Below the pieces are notes generated by a model that saw only the letters and a list, made by a program, of their open reading frames with translations, did not search any database and was not told the DNA's origin. Both the position numbers and the translations under genes were made by a program. From the NCBI GenBank assembly GCA_051599415.1, contig AP039690.1:744001-808000 (forward strand): 64,000 nucleotides of DNA. The letters are read 5' to 3'. Source of the stretch: Savitreella phatthalungensis. Lineage: Eukaryota. Of this stretch, positions 61,556 to 64,000 are shown in pieces; position 1 is the stretch's first letter, and each line of letters starts with the position of its first letter.

Positions 61556-61939
61556 AGGGCTTACCACGGCAGGCAACCTATCCACAGGCGCATACACTCT
61601 CTCTTTCTCCATCTCTCTCCCCCCACACACACACACTCACACAATCTACGCATATCTACACATATCTACACCATCTACCATTCAGTCCAGACATCGTTGA
61701 AACTCTACTCCTAGAGTATCAACTCGCAGTCTACACGTCAGACCAGATACGCTCTTTCTCAACCCTTGTACATTCTTTGAAGTCCACAATCACGCCTTTC
61801 CGCTCATCAAATTCTACCTACGCTTCCGTCCTCCAGTCGCTCTCTACCTCTTCACATTCACACGCGACCTATCGTATGACCTCCGCATAATCACACGCAT
61901 TGCGCACAACACGCCGTTGCCTTTGCAGATCGACCCCTC

Positions 61940-64000
61940 ATGGTAGCACGCAGGGCTATACGCGTCATCATCGTCGCCCTTGTCATCGTCATTGTGTACG
62001 TGCTCGCAGGACGCATAGAGCGCATCGTTCATGGCGGCAAGTACGGCGATACGTTGTGGGGCATCGCAAGTACGGCTCGATTGACAGGTCATGAGATGCC
62101 TACCTTTGGCGGCTTTGCAGAGTTCTTCCCGAAAGGAACCCCAGAGCATCCTGCATTTCCAGACCAACCATTAGACTTGCCGCCTCCCGATGATTTCATT
62201 CCACCACTGCCCGATGCACACTTATTCCCTCCCATGGACGGCAGTATCCTTGGTGCTCCACTACCCGCGCCAAATCCGCTTCAGGGACTGGACAGCGACT
62301 CGCTACCCTTCGGCATGCCGCCAGACGCGGTCGACCCGTGGAAAAATCTCGGTATCCCGCCAGCCGTCATCGACAATGGTCTCCCACCAGATCCCAATGT
62401 GGTTCCGGTCGCCGACTTGTTTCCACCAGGTCCTCAGCAGCAGCAACCATCCCTGCCAGACGCGCTACCACCTGCAGGTCCTCCACCTCCACCAATCGAT
62501 TTCGGCCCATCACAGCCACTGCCCGATGGCTCTCGCCCAGCATTCGGCGATGGGGCAGTGTTTCCTCAGCAACCTAAGCAGCTAGACGATATCATCCCTC
62601 GGCCTGCTTGGGAAGATGCCATGGAGAAAACAACTGGTCAATTACCAAAACTTCCACCTGGTCCGCCACCTGCCATACCGCAGAAAAACGGCCAGCCCAA
62701 GGCAGACCCAGACACGATGGACGAGGACTACACTGCCACGCTGCATCTGGACGACGAGAGCAAAGACGTCGAGCTTTCAGTGACAGGAATGGACGGGAAA
62801 GCGCTCAAGATGCATGATATCGATGATCTGGTGGATATGCAAATCGACTTCAAGTCGGTGCTTGCTCGACTCCGACGATGGGTGCCGTACTACGCCGCAG
62901 CCGCAGGCGAGCATGCTTCGAGCAAGGTGCTATGGCAAGCAGGTCAGCAGGCCCCGCAGCCCCAGTCCGATCTCCCCTCAGTCGTCAGCTGGGCGCAGGG
63001 CAATCCGGACTACACACGGCGCTTTGCAGACGAGCGAACTCGCGACCAGTACATATCGTCCGTCGTCTCCTCTGCAGGACGTGGTGTCAAGTTCCTCGAG
63101 CGCATCTATGCAGGACTACCAGCAGACATCATCCGACTTGACTTTTTCAAATACCTAGCATTATTCACTGAGGGTGGCGCGTACGCAGATTATGACTCGA
63201 TCGCTCATCGTGGCGTCGATGACTGGTACGCAGCTTGCATGGGCGGTGCTGCAACTGGGAAACAACAAACTGGCAAGGCAGGTGGCGCCCCGAAGCAGGA
63301 CAGCTTCGGTGGACTTCGTCGTCGTGCAGGATCAGGCGCTCAGGACATCCCGGGTCTGATTGTCGGTATTGAGATGGATTTGTACGACGACCCTGTGATC
63401 GACTCTGTCGACGGACGTCGAATCTACGTCGCCTCGTACGCGCTCGCTGCCGCACGTGGACATCCCGTTCTCGCCCGTACGCTCGCACGCATCAGCGACA
63501 ACTACATCAAGCGGGCTGACGGCTTTGATGCCGCAGAAGCAGCAGCTCGATCGGAGCGTCAACTGCGTGACCGCGATCGCGATCTCGAAGACGCCCGTGA
63601 GCGAGAAGCGTCCAAAAAAATTCCAGGATTCGGAGCTGTCAAACGAAACGCAATCCCTCCACCCCCAGAAGCTCTCCCAATCGACCCTGCTCTCGCACCA
63701 GGACTCCCACCACCAGGTCAAGCCCACCCGCCGCCTCAAGCCGGTCCTCCTGCCGACGCGTACGACTTTCCACCAAACCCACTAGCACAAGGCCCACAAC
63801 CCCTACCAGACATCCCGGCCAATGGACTCGGACCTGGCCCGCACAGCGGCATCGACAAGAAGCCAGAATCCAATCGCGGCGTCCCACCTCCTATGCGGAA
63901 CCACAAAGTCGAGCCTGGTAAACCGATCGATGCGATCCATCAGACACCCTCAGCCGTCCATGACTGGAGCGGCCGTGGTGCGTTGACTGACAGCTTGATG
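61940..64000 (+). CDS. Glycosyltransferase family 32 (Och1/Hoc1-like), type II membrane protein; 3' end beyond the window
   Basis: Manual translation from ATG 61940 stays open to the edge: MVARRAIR plus TM anchor, Pro-rich stem, WAQGNPDY, IIRLDFFKYLALFTEGGAYADYD (DxD), LIVGIEMD, AAARGHPVL, VHDWSGRGALTD. Absent from the ORF track because no stop lies in the window. Confidence 0.85.
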   Translation, partial: MVARRAIRVIIVALVIVIVYVLAGRIERIVHGGKYGDTLWGIASTARLTGHEMPTFGGFAEFFPKGTPEHPAFPDQPLDLPPPDDFIPPLPDAHLFPPMDGSILGAPLPAPNPLQGLDSDSLPFGMPPDAVDPWKNLGIPPAVIDNGLPPDPNVVPVADLFPPGPQQQQPSLPDALPPAGPPPPPIDFGPSQPLPDGSRPAFGDGAVFPQQPKQLDDIIPRPAWEDAMEKTTGQLPKLPPGPPPAIPQKNGQPKADPDTMDEDYTATLHLDDESKDVELSVTGMDGKALKMHDIDDLVDMQIDFKSVLARLRRWVPYYAAAAGEHASSKVLWQAGQQAPQPQSDLPSVVSWAQGNPDYTRRFADERTRDQYISSVVSSAGRGVKFLERIYAGLPADIIRLDFFKYLALFTEGGAYADYDSIAHRGVDDWYAACMGGAATGKQQTGKAGGAPKQDSFGGLRRRAGSGAQDIPGLIVGIEMDLYDDPVIDSVDGRRIYVASYALAAARGHPVLARTLARISDNYIKRADGFDAAEAAARSERQLRDRDRDLEDAREREASKKIPGFGAVKRNAIPPPPEALPIDPALAPGLPPPGQAHPPPQAGPPADAYDFPPNPLAQGPQPLPDIPANGLGPGPHSGIDKKPESNRGVPPPMRNHKVEPGKPIDAIHQTPSAVHDWSGRGALTDSLM

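Noticed and set aside
341..63887. Numerous 60-270 aa ORFs overlapping or antisense to the main genes
   Set aside because: Expected shadow ORFs in moderately GC-rich coding DNA; none shows independent motifs.
61900..64000. Apparent absence of a long ORF, which might suggest a pseudogene or alternative genetic code
   Set aside because: A standard-code frame from ATG 61940 is open to the window edge; the track omits it only because it has no stop codon.

Overview
Eukaryotic, intron-poor, gene-dense fungal (ascomycete) DNA with about 29 protein-coding genes and only two firmly supported introns. The Dfp1/Dbf4-type gene, the Pfk with an N-terminal extension and the compact structure suggest a Taphrinomycotina-like yeast; this is inference and was not searched. 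Most genes are housekeeping: DBF4, GLO1, an NADP alkenal reductase, GH2 beta-galactosidase, Vps3/Vps39-like, REI1, EMP65, VPS18, PFK1, MCP1, PDB1, MRPL28, eIF3c, RIB1, SF3A2, and a GT32 gene running off the right edge that the ORF track misses. The most striking element is a head-to-tail array of four divergent paralogous small secreted proteins (19.67-21.98 kb). They share an unrecognised 4-Cys/Trp signature and each has its own TATA-like box, making them a candidate new effector/toxin family. Other highlights are a secreted His1 histidine-brace (LPMO-like) protein split by an intron, a CHID1-type non-catalytic GH18 protein, and a GLO1 with a leaky upstream ATG encoding a PTS2-like peptide beside a PTS1-bearing reductase. 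Strand-oriented TCA-core microsatellites also recur in 5' leaders. No tRNA, rRNA, CRISPR array or recognisable transposon was seen.
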